DNA of 64,000 bases from Planctomycetota bacterium (GTDB lineage: Bacteria > Planctomycetota > Brocadiia > JAADGH01): positions 189,616 to 253,615 of the forward strand of contig JBFMAD010000004.1 in the NCBI GenBank assembly GCA_040755855.1, written 5' to 3'. The position numbers and the translations under genes are program-made. Each line of letters starts with the position of its first letter. Position 1 is the stretch's first letter. Of this stretch, positions 9,184 through 18,848 are shown piece by piece. The notes beneath the pieces were generated by a model that was given only the letters and a program-made list of their open reading frames with translations, was not told the DNA's origin and ran no database searches.

Positions 9184-10761
9184 ATGGCGAAGACGAAGAG
9201 AAAGATACTGGTCCTCGACGGCGTGAATCAGATCTGCGCCCGGCATCTCCGCAAGGCCGGCCTTCTCGTTAAGGAGAGCAGCGACACAGAGGACATCGAC
9301 CTGGGCCAGTGGGACGGCGTCATCATCCGCAGCAAGACCAAGCTGAAGGCCAAGGCGATCCAGCAGGCCGCCAAGGGCAGGCTCCGCCTCATCATCCGGG
9401 CCGGGGCGGGGGTGGATACCATTGACGTGGACGCGGCGACGCGCAACGGGGTGATCATCGAGAACACGCCCGGCACGAATGCGGCGGCTGTGATCGAGCT
9501 GACCATGGCGGCGCTGGTGGCCATGGCTCGCAGTCTTATCCCTGCGCACATCTCCGTCAAGCAGGGCCTCTGGGAGAAGAAGAAGTTCGCCGGCACGGAA
9601 TTGCGCGGGAAAACGCTGGGAGTCATCGGCGTAGGGAAGATCGGGCGCGGCGTGGCGACCCTGGCGCAAGGCTTCGGCATGCGCGTCTTGGGCGCCGACC
9701 CGATGTTGACCGTGGAGCGAGCGAAGGAGCTGAGCATCGAACCGGCAAACATCGCCCGCATCTGCAAGGAATCGGATTATATCACCCTCCATGCCTCCCT
9801 GACGGAGCAGTCGAAGGCCATCCTCGGCAGGAAGCAGTTCGCATCCATGAAGAAGGGCGTCTGCATCGCCAACTGCGCCCGGGCCGAACTGGTGGACAGG
9901 GACGCCCTCCTCGACGCGCTCAACAGCGGCAAGGTGAAGTACTACTTCACGGACGTCTTCGAGCAGGAGCCGCCCCCCGCGGATGACCCCCTCCTCCAGC
10001 ATAAGTCGGTTCTCGCCACACCCCACGTAGGCGGCGCCACAGAGGAGTCAAGCATCGAGGGGGCCCGCATGGCGGCGGAGCAGGCGGCGGCCTTCTTCAA
10101 CGAGGACCGGATCGTCAACGCCGTCAACTTCGCTCCGGGCGACCCGCAGCTCCGGCCGTGGGAGGTCCTGGCGGAACGCCTCGGCAGCTTCGCTTATCAG
10201 TACGCAACCGACGGCGCGTTCAAGACGATCACCGTGGAGTACGTTGGCAAGATCGCATCGCGGGACACGAACCGCGTGACCGCGTCGTTCTTCGCCGGGT
10301 TCATGCGCAACGTCCGCAGCAGCGTGAACATCGTGAACGCGAAACAAATGGCCGCCGAAACAGGCATCGATGTAACCGAAGCCAAAAGCGCCGGCGAGCA
10401 CGACCAGATGCGAATCAATGTGACCATGTCCAACAGAAGCATCACCCTGTCGGGCACATGCGTCCTCGGCAGGCCGGTGCTGCAGGCGTTGAACGACTAC
10501 TCCTTCGACATCCCCCTGGAGGACCGCCACATCCTCATCAGCGAGCACAGCGACGTGCCGGGGATTGTCGGGATCATCGGGACCGCGCTCGGCAGGCACA
10601 ACATCAACATCGAGAAGATGGGCCTGAAGGACATCGTCGGCCGCCCCAGCATGGCCATCATCACCACACGCGAGGAGACGCCCGACGCCGTTGTCCGCGA
10701 GATCGCGGTCGGTGTGAAGAAGCGCGGCGGGGACATCCTCCTGCGGAAGATCAATCTCTGA
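9184..10761 (+). CDS. serA: D-3-phosphoglycerate dehydrogenase with C-terminal ACT domain
   Basis: RAGAGVDTID, GVGKIG, NCARAELVD, DVFEQEPP, TPHVGGATEE, DVPGIVG..LG..NINI (ACT). Confidence 0.9.
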   Translation: MAKTKRKILVLDGVNQICARHLRKAGLLVKESSDTEDIDLGQWDGVIIRSKTKLKAKAIQQAAKGRLRLIIRAGAGVDTIDVDAATRNGVIIENTPGTNAAAVIELTMAALVAMARSLIPAHISVKQGLWEKKKFAGTELRGKTLGVIGVGKIGRGVATLAQGFGMRVLGADPMLTVERAKELSIEPANIARICKESDYITLHASLTEQSKAILGRKQFASMKKGVCIANCARAELVDRDALLDALNSGKVKYYFTDVFEQEPPPADDPLLQHKSVLATPHVGGATEESSIEGARMAAEQAAAFFNEDRIVNAVNFAPGDPQLRPWEVLAERLGSFAYQYATDGAFKTITVEYVGKIASRDTNRVTASFFAGFMRNVRSSVNIVNAKQMAAETGIDVTEAKSAGEHDQMRINVTMSNRSITLSGTCVLGRPVLQALNDYSFDIPLEDRHILISEHSDVPGIVGIIGTALGRHNINIEKMGLKDIVGRPSMAIITTREETPDAVVREIAVGVKKRGGDILLRKINL

Positions 10762-10829
10762 CGCGCGCTGTCCCCCGGAATTTTGTTCTATCCTAACATG
10801 CTGTGGCACATTGTCTTACGATTCAGCGC

Positions 10830-10886
10830 GGGGGGGGGGGGCACAGCAAAAAAAGCCTTGACAGCCAGCCATCTTCGGCTTAGATT
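10830..10886 (+). promoter_or_regulatory. G12 homopolymer plus sigma70 promoter
   Basis: 12 G at 10830-10841; TTGACA (10858)-N17-TAGATT (10881). Confidence 0.7.
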
Positions 10887-10973
10887 CACCTCTGTCAAGA
10901 GTGCTCAGTCTGAGTTTCCCCGAACTTATTGGGTTTATTGTTCCTTCTCACGAGACCGAAAGGAGCTATGGCA

Positions 10974-13900
10974 ATGGCTGGAAAAGTGGCAAGCATCGTG
11001 GTTCATCGTCCGTTGAAGAAGCGCCTGGACCTGAGAGTTGAGGAGTTGGAGCAGCGCATCGCGCCGGTAACGCTGACCGGCGGGCAGACGTATCAATTCA
11101 CCGACGCGAACGGCGACCTGCTCCAGGCGAGCTTCCTGGGCCGGGGGTCGGCGACGATCCTCGACTCGACGCTCGCCGATCCGGCGGGCACGGACATCGG
11201 TTTCATTGATCTGTTCAACACCGATGCCAACTCGAAACTGGTCATCCGGGATATGGTCGCCGGCGACGGCGACGACACGATCCATGGTGACAGCGGCGCA
11301 GGCGCGCAAGGCCAGATCTCCGACATGGGGGTGGCGGCCGTCGGCCTGATCGAGTTCAATGCCCCCACGGCGGACAACTGGGAAATTCTGATCAGCGCCG
11401 CCCTGGGCAGGCTTGTGGTCCGTGGCGCTTTCACCAACAGCTACGTTGAAATTGACAACGACCTCAACACCGTTCTGGTCCAGGGCCGGCTCGACAACAC
11501 CGACTTCGACAGCGATGGAAATGTGACGCAGTTCACAGTCGGGGACGGCGTGACCGGCATGGACAACGACAGCGATGTTTTCATCAGCGGACGGCTGGGG
11601 AGGGCGATGATCTACGGCGACATGAACAACGGCAGCCGGATCGAGCCGGAGGGCTATGCCGGCCGGATCGAGGTCTTCGGCAGCGTGTTGCTCAATTCCG
11701 AAATTGACGTGGACGCCGGGGCGGGGACCATCCGCGTCTGGGGCGACCTCGACGACTCCGATATCTACATGGATTATGGCGGCCGGTGCAATATGATCCG
11801 CGTGGAGGGGTCCCTCCTCAACAATGCCCGAATTGACCTGGAGACCCAGTGGACCGGCCTGGTCTATGTCGGCGGCGATATGGACGGCAACAGCGACATC
11901 TACCTCTACGAGTCCTACGTGCAGCGCGTTGATATTGCCGGCAATGTCCTGAACGACAGCGACATCCGGACGGGCTACTGGGGCAGCCTGGGCAGCCTCT
12001 ACATCGGCGGGAACGTGAACAACGAGGTGGACATCGAGAACGACTACGGAAACGTGGGCAGCGTCACCATCATCGGCGATTTCATTGACTCGGAGATGGA
12101 TTTCGATCGGGGCAACTGCGGCTCGATCTTCATCGGCGGCGACATGCGCTCCACCGGCCTCATCACGGACATCGAAATGGACAACGGACTCGGCAATTCG
12201 ATCAGGATCATGGGCGATGTGGACAATGCCCGTATCGAGCTCAATGATTGCACCGTCCGACAGATCTATGTGGGCGGCGACTTCTTCAACGGCTCTGATA
12301 TCGACTGCTACGACGGCAGCGTCTTGGACGTCCGGATCATGGGCGACGCATACGACGGGACCGGAGAGACCTACGTGCTCGACTTTGACAAGTCCACGTG
12401 CAATTCGCTGTACCTCGGCGGGAACATGTACGACGGCGCCGAGATCGAGACGGATTACTCCTGGCTCGGCAAGGTGCGCATCGGCGGACGGATGGACAGC
12501 GATGCGCTGATGGACCTCTACTCGACCAGCGTCGGCCCCATTGATGTGGTCGGCGGGATGTTCGACGGGTCCTGGATAGACCTTGACGACGGCGATATTG
12601 ATCGGCTGACGATCGGCGGGCCTCTGGACAGCCTCGGCGGCGGCCTGGTGGATATTGAAATAGACGACGGTTCGCTGGGCGATCTGACCGTGAACGGCTA
12701 CGTATTCGGCGCCGATGTGGATATTGATATAATGCACAGCACGATCAACATCCGCGGCGGCGTTGACACTTCCGATTTCGAGATTGACGGCGGCACGCTG
12801 GATCGCGTCTTCGTCGGGGGCGACTTCATCAACACGGAGTTCGACATGCTCGGCGGCTACGTCGGCGCGTTCATCGTGCAGGGGAACATGGTCGGCAACA
12901 CGTCGCAACACGATTTCGACGGCTCCGTCGGCGCGATCTCCATCGGCGGGTATGTTGACGACGCCGATTTCCAGATCTACGGCAGCACCGACAGCTTCAC
13001 CGTCGGCGGCTACGCGAATGATCTGGACTATGACAACAGCGGGGCGTGCAGCCGGTTCAGGATCGGCGGGGGCGCAACGGACGTCCACATCCAGGCGCAG
13101 ATATTCGATTCGATCACCGTTGGCGGCGATTCCGACGACTTCGACGCGACCTCGGTGGACGGCCCCATCGGGAGCGTGATGATCCGCGGCGATTGGGCGA
13201 ATGGAACCCTTCAAACCTATTGCGGGTTCGGTTCGATCGCCATCCAGGGAACGGTGACGGACTCCTACGTTAGCACCAACGGCGGCATCGGCCGGGCCTT
13301 CATCGGCGGCGACTTCATTGATAGTGATTTCGACCACATCTATGGCGAGGTGGGCCTCTGCCGAATTGCGGGCGGCGTCTATACGAACTCCAACCTCGAC
13401 TTCAGGCGACAGGTGGGCATGCTGAGCATCGGCGGGCCTCTTGCCAACTCGACGCTGGGCATAGATGACGGCGGCGCACGAAGCATCGCCATCCACGGCG
13501 ACGTGGATGCATCCACCATTGATGTGTACGGCCCTACGGGGCGGTTGTTTGTCGCGGGAGGCATCCTTAACGCCAGCACCGTCAACTTCCGCAACGGCAT
13601 CGGAACGCTGACCACGACCGGCGCCGTGGACGCTTCGACGATCACCATCCGCAACGGCGGCGACGGTCTGACGCCCACGACGCTGCGTATCGGCGGCGCG
13701 CTATCCGGCGGCAGCACCATCTTCACCGAGGGCGACGCGGCGCTGGTGAGTTTCGGCGGCGGCATCGGCGGGGCGTCCACGTTGACCATCGAGGGCTATG
13801 TCAATTCTGTGAAGATTTCGGGGAACCTCGACGCGGGCAGCGCGGTCGTGATCGGCGCTGCAGCCGTAAGCGGCTCAGGCCAGACGTATTACACGGGCAC

Positions 13901-14114
13901 GCTGAAGTCCATGTCGCTTGCCGGTTTGATCAACGGCAACATCCAGGTCCTGGGCACGCTGCACGCCATCAACTCAGTTGGGCAGGCCGTGCCGGATCTC
14001 GGCCCGACGGCGCCCCCGTTCAACCACTCCTTCGCCCCGACCGACGCCGGCGGCGCGGCCACGGGCGGTTTGGTGGAGGCGGAGTCGCTGGCGCCGGGAG
14101 CGTATGTGAGCTGA
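10974..14114 (+). CDS. Large Asp/Gly-rich repetitive beta-solenoid protein with VEELEQRIAP leader (paralog of <1..4302)
   Basis: RBS AAAGGAG; KKRLDLRVEELEQRIAPVTL..YQFTDANGD; many ~22-24 aa repeats of the type IGGDxxNGSDIDxxxGxxGxxx. Confidence 0.9.
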   Translation: MAGKVASIVVHRPLKKRLDLRVEELEQRIAPVTLTGGQTYQFTDANGDLLQASFLGRGSATILDSTLADPAGTDIGFIDLFNTDANSKLVIRDMVAGDGDDTIHGDSGAGAQGQISDMGVAAVGLIEFNAPTADNWEILISAALGRLVVRGAFTNSYVEIDNDLNTVLVQGRLDNTDFDSDGNVTQFTVGDGVTGMDNDSDVFISGRLGRAMIYGDMNNGSRIEPEGYAGRIEVFGSVLLNSEIDVDAGAGTIRVWGDLDDSDIYMDYGGRCNMIRVEGSLLNNARIDLETQWTGLVYVGGDMDGNSDIYLYESYVQRVDIAGNVLNDSDIRTGYWGSLGSLYIGGNVNNEVDIENDYGNVGSVTIIGDFIDSEMDFDRGNCGSIFIGGDMRSTGLITDIEMDNGLGNSIRIMGDVDNARIELNDCTVRQIYVGGDFFNGSDIDCYDGSVLDVRIMGDAYDGTGETYVLDFDKSTCNSLYLGGNMYDGAEIETDYSWLGKVRIGGRMDSDALMDLYSTSVGPIDVVGGMFDGSWIDLDDGDIDRLTIGGPLDSLGGGLVDIEIDDGSLGDLTVNGYVFGADVDIDIMHSTINIRGGVDTSDFEIDGGTLDRVFVGGDFINTEFDMLGGYVGAFIVQGNMVGNTSQHDFDGSVGAISIGGYVDDADFQIYGSTDSFTVGGYANDLDYDNSGACSRFRIGGGATDVHIQAQIFDSITVGGDSDDFDATSVDGPIGSVMIRGDWANGTLQTYCGFGSIAIQGTVTDSYVSTNGGIGRAFIGGDFIDSDFDHIYGEVGLCRIAGGVYTNSNLDFRRQVGMLSIGGPLANSTLGIDDGGARSIAIHGDVDASTIDVYGPTGRLFVAGGILNASTVNFRNGIGTLTTTGAVDASTITIRNGGDGLTPTTLRIGGALSGGSTIFTEGDAALVSFGGGIGGASTLTIEGYVNSVKISGNLDAGSAVVIGAAAVSGSGQTYYTGTLKSMSLAGLINGNIQVLGTLHAINSVGQAVPDLGPTAPPFNHSFAPTDAGGAATGGLVEAESLAPGAYVS

Positions 14115-14134
14115 GTATAGCATTCCATTGCTTC

Positions 14135-14167
14135 AACCTCCCGGAGGTCCGGAACCTCCGGGAGGTT
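14135..14167. repeat. REP-like perfect inverted repeat
   Basis: AACCTCCCGGAGGT-CCGGA-ACCTCCGGGAGGTT. Confidence 0.65.
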
Positions 14168-14190
14168 TCTTAATCGAAGCGCACTAAAGA

Positions 14191-14217
14191 ACAGGGGAGA
14201 GCGTCGGCTCTCCCCTG
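14191..14217. terminator. Hairpin between convergent genes
   Basis: CAGGGGAGAGC-GTCG-GCTCTCCCCTG. Confidence 0.6.
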
Positions 14218-14246
14218 CGTGTTCCATCTTCACGATATCGGCCGGT

Positions 14247-15257
14247 CTAAAGTCCGAGATCCTTGCCGGATCCCTGGCCGCCCACGTCCTTGCCGGCGAT
14301 GGCGTCGCGCATGTCGGTGTCGGCGATGACGTTCTTCAGGCGGTAGTAGTCCATGATTCCCAGCTTGCCCGTCTTGAAGGACTCGGCGATGGCGATGGGG
14401 ACCTCCGCCTCGGCCAAGACGACCTTGGCGCGGTTCTCGGCCTGCTGCGCGATCATCTCCTGCTCCTGGGCCTGGGCCATCGCCCGCCTCTCCTCGGCCT
14501 TGGCCTGGGCTACGCGCTTGTCCGCCTCGGCCTGGTCCATTTGCAGTTTCGCGCCGATGTTATCCCCCACGTCAATGTCGGCGATGTCTATGGAGAGGAT
14601 TTCGAACGCCGTTCCCGAGTCGAGCCCTTTGGCAAGAACGGCCCGGGAGATGCGGTCGGGGTTCTCAAGGACATCCTTGTGCGACTGGGCAGAGCCGATG
14701 GTGGTGACGATGCCCTCGCCGACGCGGGCGATGATCGTCTCCTCCGTCGCGCCGCCGACCAGGCGGCCCAGATTGGCGCGCACCGTCACCCGGGCCTTGG
14801 CCTTCAACTGAATTCCATCCATGGCCACGGCGTCAATGGTGTTGCGGCCTTTGACTGGGTCGGGGCAGTCAATCACCTTCGGATGGACGCTCCACTGGAC
14901 GGCCTCGAAGATGTCGCGCCCCGCCAAGTCAATGGCGCAGGCGCGGTCCCACGTCAGCTCGATGTCCGCCTTGCTCGCTGCAATCAGCGCGCGGACGACA
15001 TTGAGGACGTTGCCTCGGGCCAGGTAGTGGGTCTCCAACTGGTCGGTGGAGATGGGGAGACCCGCCTTAACGGCCTGGATGCGCGCGTTGACGATTGTGG
15101 TGGCGTTGATCTTCCGCAGGCTCATCCCCAATAGATTGGTCAGGGACACATGCGCACCGGAGGCCATGGCCTGGATCCACAGCCAGCCGTACTTGAACAC
15201 CAGGATAATAAATATGAGGAAGATTAGTACCAGAAAGCCGAGCGCTACGTATCCCAT
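14247..15257 (-). CDS. floA: Flotillin-like protein FloA (YqfA/UPF0365)
   Basis: [62 protein letters not shown]. Confidence 0.95.
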   Translation of the reverse strand: MGYVALGFLVLIFLIFIILVFKYGWLWIQAMASGAHVSLTNLLGMSLRKINATTIVNARIQAVKAGLPISTDQLETHYLARGNVLNVVRALIAASKADIELTWDRACAIDLAGRDIFEAVQWSVHPKVIDCPDPVKGRNTIDAVAMDGIQLKAKARVTVRANLGRLVGGATEETIIARVGEGIVTTIGSAQSHKDVLENPDRISRAVLAKGLDSGTAFEILSIDIADIDVGDNIGAKLQMDQAEADKRVAQAKAEERRAMAQAQEQEMIAQQAENRAKVVLAEAEVPIAIAESFKTGKLGIMDYYRLKNVIADTDMRDAIAGKDVGGQGSGKDLGL

Positions 15258-15284
15258 CCATTTCTCCTTTTTTGCAGGCGGCCT

Positions 15285-16298
15285 CTACTTTGAGTTGCTC
15301 ACTTCGATCAACTTATCCAGCGTCTGCTGCGCCCTCCCCGAATCAATTGACTCGGCGCCGATACCTACGGCCGACCGTAAGTCGGCTGCCCGATCGGCTG
15401 CCCGCAGGGCGAACGCCGCATTGGCAAGAACAATGTCACGCTGCGGGCCTTTCTTCCCGGCAAGCATATTTCTTACTATTTTACAGCTTGTCTCGACAGA
15501 ATCAACCACAAAATCCGAGAGTTTCGCCTGAGGCAGGCCCAGATTCTCCGGGCTGACCGAATAGGTCCGCACGCCCCCGTTCACCAACTCCGACACCCGC
15601 GTCGGCGCGCACGTTGACACCTCGTCCAATCCGTCATCGCCATGGACGACAAAACAATGCGCGCTCCCCAGGTTCTTCAGCACGTGGGCCAGCAGCTCCG
15701 TCAGCCTGCCGTCATACACCCCGATCACTTGCCGGTCCGCCCCCGCCGGGTTGGAGAGCGGGCCCAGGATGTTGAACGCGGTCCGAATCCCGATCTCCTT
15801 CCGCGGAGCGATGGCGTGTTTCATCGCCCCGTGCAGCATCGGGGCAAAGAGGAACCCGATCCCCGCCTCATGCAGGCAGCGCTCGACGACAGGCACGTCC
15901 ACGTCAATCTTGACTCCCAGACCTTCCAGCAGGTCCGCGCTGCCGGTCTTGCCGGTGAAGGATCGGTTGCCGTGCTTGGCAACCTTCACCCCCGCCCCTG
16001 CCACAACGAGCGCGGCAGCGGTGGAGATGTTGAACGTCCCCTTCACATCCCCGCCGGTGCCGCAGGTGTCCACCACGACCCCTTTGCCGGGGTCCACGCG
16101 CGTCGCCCGCTCGCGCATCACCCGGGCGCAGCCGGTAATCTCGTCCACCGTCTCGCCTTTCATCCGCAAGGCCACGAGAAAGGCCGCAATCTGCGCGGGT
16201 GTGGCCTGACCGTCCATGATCTCGGCCATCACGGCCGCTGTCTCCTCCGTCGTGAGGTCGAGGCGGTCGGCCAGTTTTGCGATGCATTCCCGGATCAT
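15285..16298 (-). CDS. trpD: Anthranilate phosphoribosyltransferase
   Basis: DTCGTGGD, FNISTAAA, KHGNRS, GSADLLE, HGDDGLDE; ATGA overlap with the galK stop gives start 16298. Confidence 0.95.
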   Translation of the reverse strand: MIRECIAKLADRLDLTTEETAAVMAEIMDGQATPAQIAAFLVALRMKGETVDEITGCARVMRERATRVDPGKGVVVDTCGTGGDVKGTFNISTAAALVVAGAGVKVAKHGNRSFTGKTGSADLLEGLGVKIDVDVPVVERCLHEAGIGFLFAPMLHGAMKHAIAPRKEIGIRTAFNILGPLSNPAGADRQVIGVYDGRLTELLAHVLKNLGSAHCFVVHGDDGLDEVSTCAPTRVSELVNGGVRTYSVSPENLGLPQAKLSDFVVDSVETSCKIVRNMLAGKKGPQRDIVLANAAFALRAADRAADLRSAVGIGAESIDSGRAQQTLDKLIEVSNSK

Positions 16299-17452
16299 CT
16301 CGTCTTCACCACTCCCGCCCCGCCGCAAGGCTCGGTCGAGAGCACCATCGGGTCCAGGCTTGTCTCGGCCTTGTATCGCTTGGCGATTTCGCGGCAGAAG
16401 GCGTCGGCCTTGGCCGCAGCCACGAGGTTCACCGTGCACCCTCCAAAACCCGCCCCGGTCATCCGCGCCCCGTAGGTCCCCGGCAGGCTGCGGGCGATCT
16501 CGACCATGAGATCGAGCTCCTTGCAGCTTACCTCGTAATCGTCCCGCAGGCTGTCGTGCGAATCGTTCATTTCCTTCCCCGCGGCCTTCAGGTCGCCCGC
16601 CTTAAACGCCTTCACCGCACGGAGCGTGCGCTGGTCCTCCGAAATGACGTGTCGCGCCCGTTTGCGCACCTCCTCCGGTAGCTTACCGCATTCTTTCGCA
16701 AACTGTTGGGGCGAGACATCGCGCAGCAGCGCCGCCCCCATGGCCCGCGCCGCCTCCTCGCACTGGCTTCGCCGGGTGTTGTATTCCGAACCCGACAGTT
16801 CGCGCTTGACCATCGTGTTGCAGACGACGAACTTGGCCTCCTCCGTGCCGAGCGGGACATCCTCATGCTTCAGGTCCTTGCAGTCGAGGAACACCGCGCA
16901 GCCCGGCTTGGCGAAGACTGAGACATACTGGTCCATGATCCCGCAGTTGACGCCCACGAACTTGTTCTCCGCCCGCTGGCAAAGTAGAGCCAGCTCAGTA
17001 TTGCCGATGTCGAACCCCGACATGGCCTTAAAGGCGAGGGCCGACACCACCTCGCACGCCGCCGAGGAACTCAGGCCGCTGGCGAGGGGGACATTGCCCT
17101 GGACAACGCCGTCGAAGCCTCGCAGTTTGAAGCCCTTCTCCAGCAGACAGTACGCCACGCCCTGGGGGTAGTTCACCCACTGGCAGGTCTGGTTGAACCG
17201 GATGTCGTCGAGCGAGAAGCCGTTGGACTCGTCGAAGTCCATCGAATACAGATTGACCTGCTTCGTCATGTTCGGTCGGCAGGCGATCATGATGTCTCGA
17301 TCAATGGCGATAGGCATCACGAACCCGCCGTTGTAATCGGTATGCTCCCCAATGATGTTCACACGCCCCGGTGCGCGGACGACGGTCACGCCGGAGGCGT
17401 TGCCATAGTATTCGGCGAATGCCGCAATGATTTTCTTCACTCTCTCGGACAT
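16295..17452 (-). CDS. galK: Galactokinase
   Basis: APGRVNIIGEHTDYNGG, PLASGLSSSAA, CGIMDQ, GARMTGAGFGGC. Confidence 0.95.
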   Translation of the reverse strand: MSERVKKIIAAFAEYYGNASGVTVVRAPGRVNIIGEHTDYNGGFVMPIAIDRDIMIACRPNMTKQVNLYSMDFDESNGFSLDDIRFNQTCQWVNYPQGVAYCLLEKGFKLRGFDGVVQGNVPLASGLSSSAACEVVSALAFKAMSGFDIGNTELALLCQRAENKFVGVNCGIMDQYVSVFAKPGCAVFLDCKDLKHEDVPLGTEEAKFVVCNTMVKRELSGSEYNTRRSQCEEAARAMGAALLRDVSPQQFAKECGKLPEEVRKRARHVISEDQRTLRAVKAFKAGDLKAAGKEMNDSHDSLRDDYEVSCKELDLMVEIARSLPGTYGARMTGAGFGGCTVNLVAAAKADAFCREIAKRYKAETSLDPMVLSTEPCGGAGVVKTR

Positions 17453-17463
17453 TCGAATCTCCG

Positions 17464-18720
17464 TTAGAAGCCGTAATGTTCGTTTATCTCTCTCTGGTAC
17501 TTTTCGACCTCGCCGGATTCGACCTCCTGCACGCGCACCATCCGTCCCGCGGCCGCCGATTCCAGGACCGTGTAGGCCACGGCCAAGTCGCGCAGCCCCT
17601 GGAGGCCGTGCATCTCAGGGTCTCGATTCTCCTCGATCGCCTGAAGAAAGTCCAGCTTTTCCAGAGCGAACGGGTATTCGACCCCGCGAGGGAAGTATTT
17701 TCGGACCAGCGTCTCCGGCGCCTCGGCCTTGAACCGGTCTTGGATGTTATGGCTCGTTCCGTCGTCCATGATCATCCGCCCCTCCCGCATGCACCCTTTG
17801 CTGCCATAGACGATCATCCCGCCGGGCACCTGGTAGCCGGGACCATGCCCCGCCGAGGTGTAGCTGAACTGCCCAATGGCGCCGTTGGCAAATCGCCCGA
17901 CGGCCATGAAGGCGTCGTCCACAGTGCAGGCAATCTCGCCGACCGACTGCTCCCCATCGTCGTCGTAGAGCTTCCGCTTCGGCTCGAAGACGGCAGTAAC
18001 GGCCGACAGGCTGTCAATCAGGCCCGCGACGTACTCCGCCCGGTTAAACATGTGAACTCCGAGATCTATACTGACACCTGCCCCTCCTTGAATCTTGTCG
18101 TGCCGCCAGGGGGTGTTCGCGAGCACCCGGTCGGGCGACCAGCGCCCCATGCCGACGCCGCCCATGAGGACCATCTGCAAGTCGCCGATCAGTCCCGCAT
18201 CCACGGCCCACTTCTGTGCGCGCAGCGCCATGCCGTATCGAGCCGATTCCGCCACGCACAGCACCAGCCCCATGTCCTCCGCCGCCCCGGTCATGGTCCG
18301 GGCCATTCGGACGGTGAGTGCGATGGGCTTCTCGACCACCACATGCTTTCCGGCCTTGAGGGCGAGAAGGGCGATCTCGTGGTGGGCCGGCAGCGCCGCG
18401 CAGACATCCACGACGTGGATGTCGCCGCGATCGAGCATCTCCCGGTAGTCCGTATAGACGCTGACGGCCACATCATCGTTCACATCGCTCACGTACATAG
18501 GCTCGCAGGCGAGTGGGTCGCCCTCGCCCCGACCGAGGGGCGTGAAGGGCGGCGGGCCCTCGCCGCGCTTGCGGAACCGCAGGGCGTTGTCGCGATCCCG
18601 GCTGCACAGGGCCGTGATGCGAAAGTTGTCAAAGCCCGCGTCGCGGAGGGTCTTGTATCCCTTGAGGTGCGCATTCAGGATGCGCCCGCATCCCACGATT
18701 CCGATGTTTATCCGCGCCAC
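17464..18720 (-). CDS. Gfo/Idh/MocA family oxidoreductase
   Basis: GIVGCGRI, GKHVVVEKP, DLGVH. Confidence 0.85.
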   Translation of the reverse strand: MARINIGIVGCGRILNAHLKGYKTLRDAGFDNFRITALCSRDRDNALRFRKRGEGPPPFTPLGRGEGDPLACEPMYVSDVNDDVAVSVYTDYREMLDRGDIHVVDVCAALPAHHEIALLALKAGKHVVVEKPIALTVRMARTMTGAAEDMGLVLCVAESARYGMALRAQKWAVDAGLIGDLQMVLMGGVGMGRWSPDRVLANTPWRHDKIQGGAGVSIDLGVHMFNRAEYVAGLIDSLSAVTAVFEPKRKLYDDDGEQSVGEIACTVDDAFMAVGRFANGAIGQFSYTSAGHGPGYQVPGGMIVYGSKGCMREGRMIMDDGTSHNIQDRFKAEAPETLVRKYFPRGVEYPFALEKLDFLQAIEENRDPEMHGLQGLRDLAVAYTVLESAAAGRMVRVQEVESGEVEKYQREINEHYGF

Positions 18721-18740
18721 AATACGCCTCCCGCAGGCAG

Positions 18741-18816
18741 GTAGCGGAAGTCGCCAGACTTCCGATCAGTCATGCCGCTTAATCCCGGTGATCTGAACTC
18801 TGGCGAGTTCATCTAC
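18741..18816. repeat. GTAG-type REP doublet (REPIN)
   Basis: GTAG-CGGAAGTCGCCAGACTTCCG on + and inverted GTAG-ATGAACTCGCCAGAGTTCA on -. Confidence 0.7.
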
Positions 18817-18848
18817 GGGGACCTCCCCTTAGCTGGATACGCTGTGAC

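Noticed and set aside
10935..13496. 853-aa minus-strand ORF and other long antisense ORFs (5553..7157, 28980..30692, 32063..34267, 46008..47786, 51113..52774)
   Set aside because: Expected in high-GC genomes opposite real genes; no domain signatures
15285..16439. N-terminal extensions in the ORF track (trpD, recQ to 53299, kinase to 57039, GH20 to 43561, acyP to 28806)
   Set aside because: Downstream starts fit RBS, promoter or overlap evidence better; extensions run through other genes or REP elements
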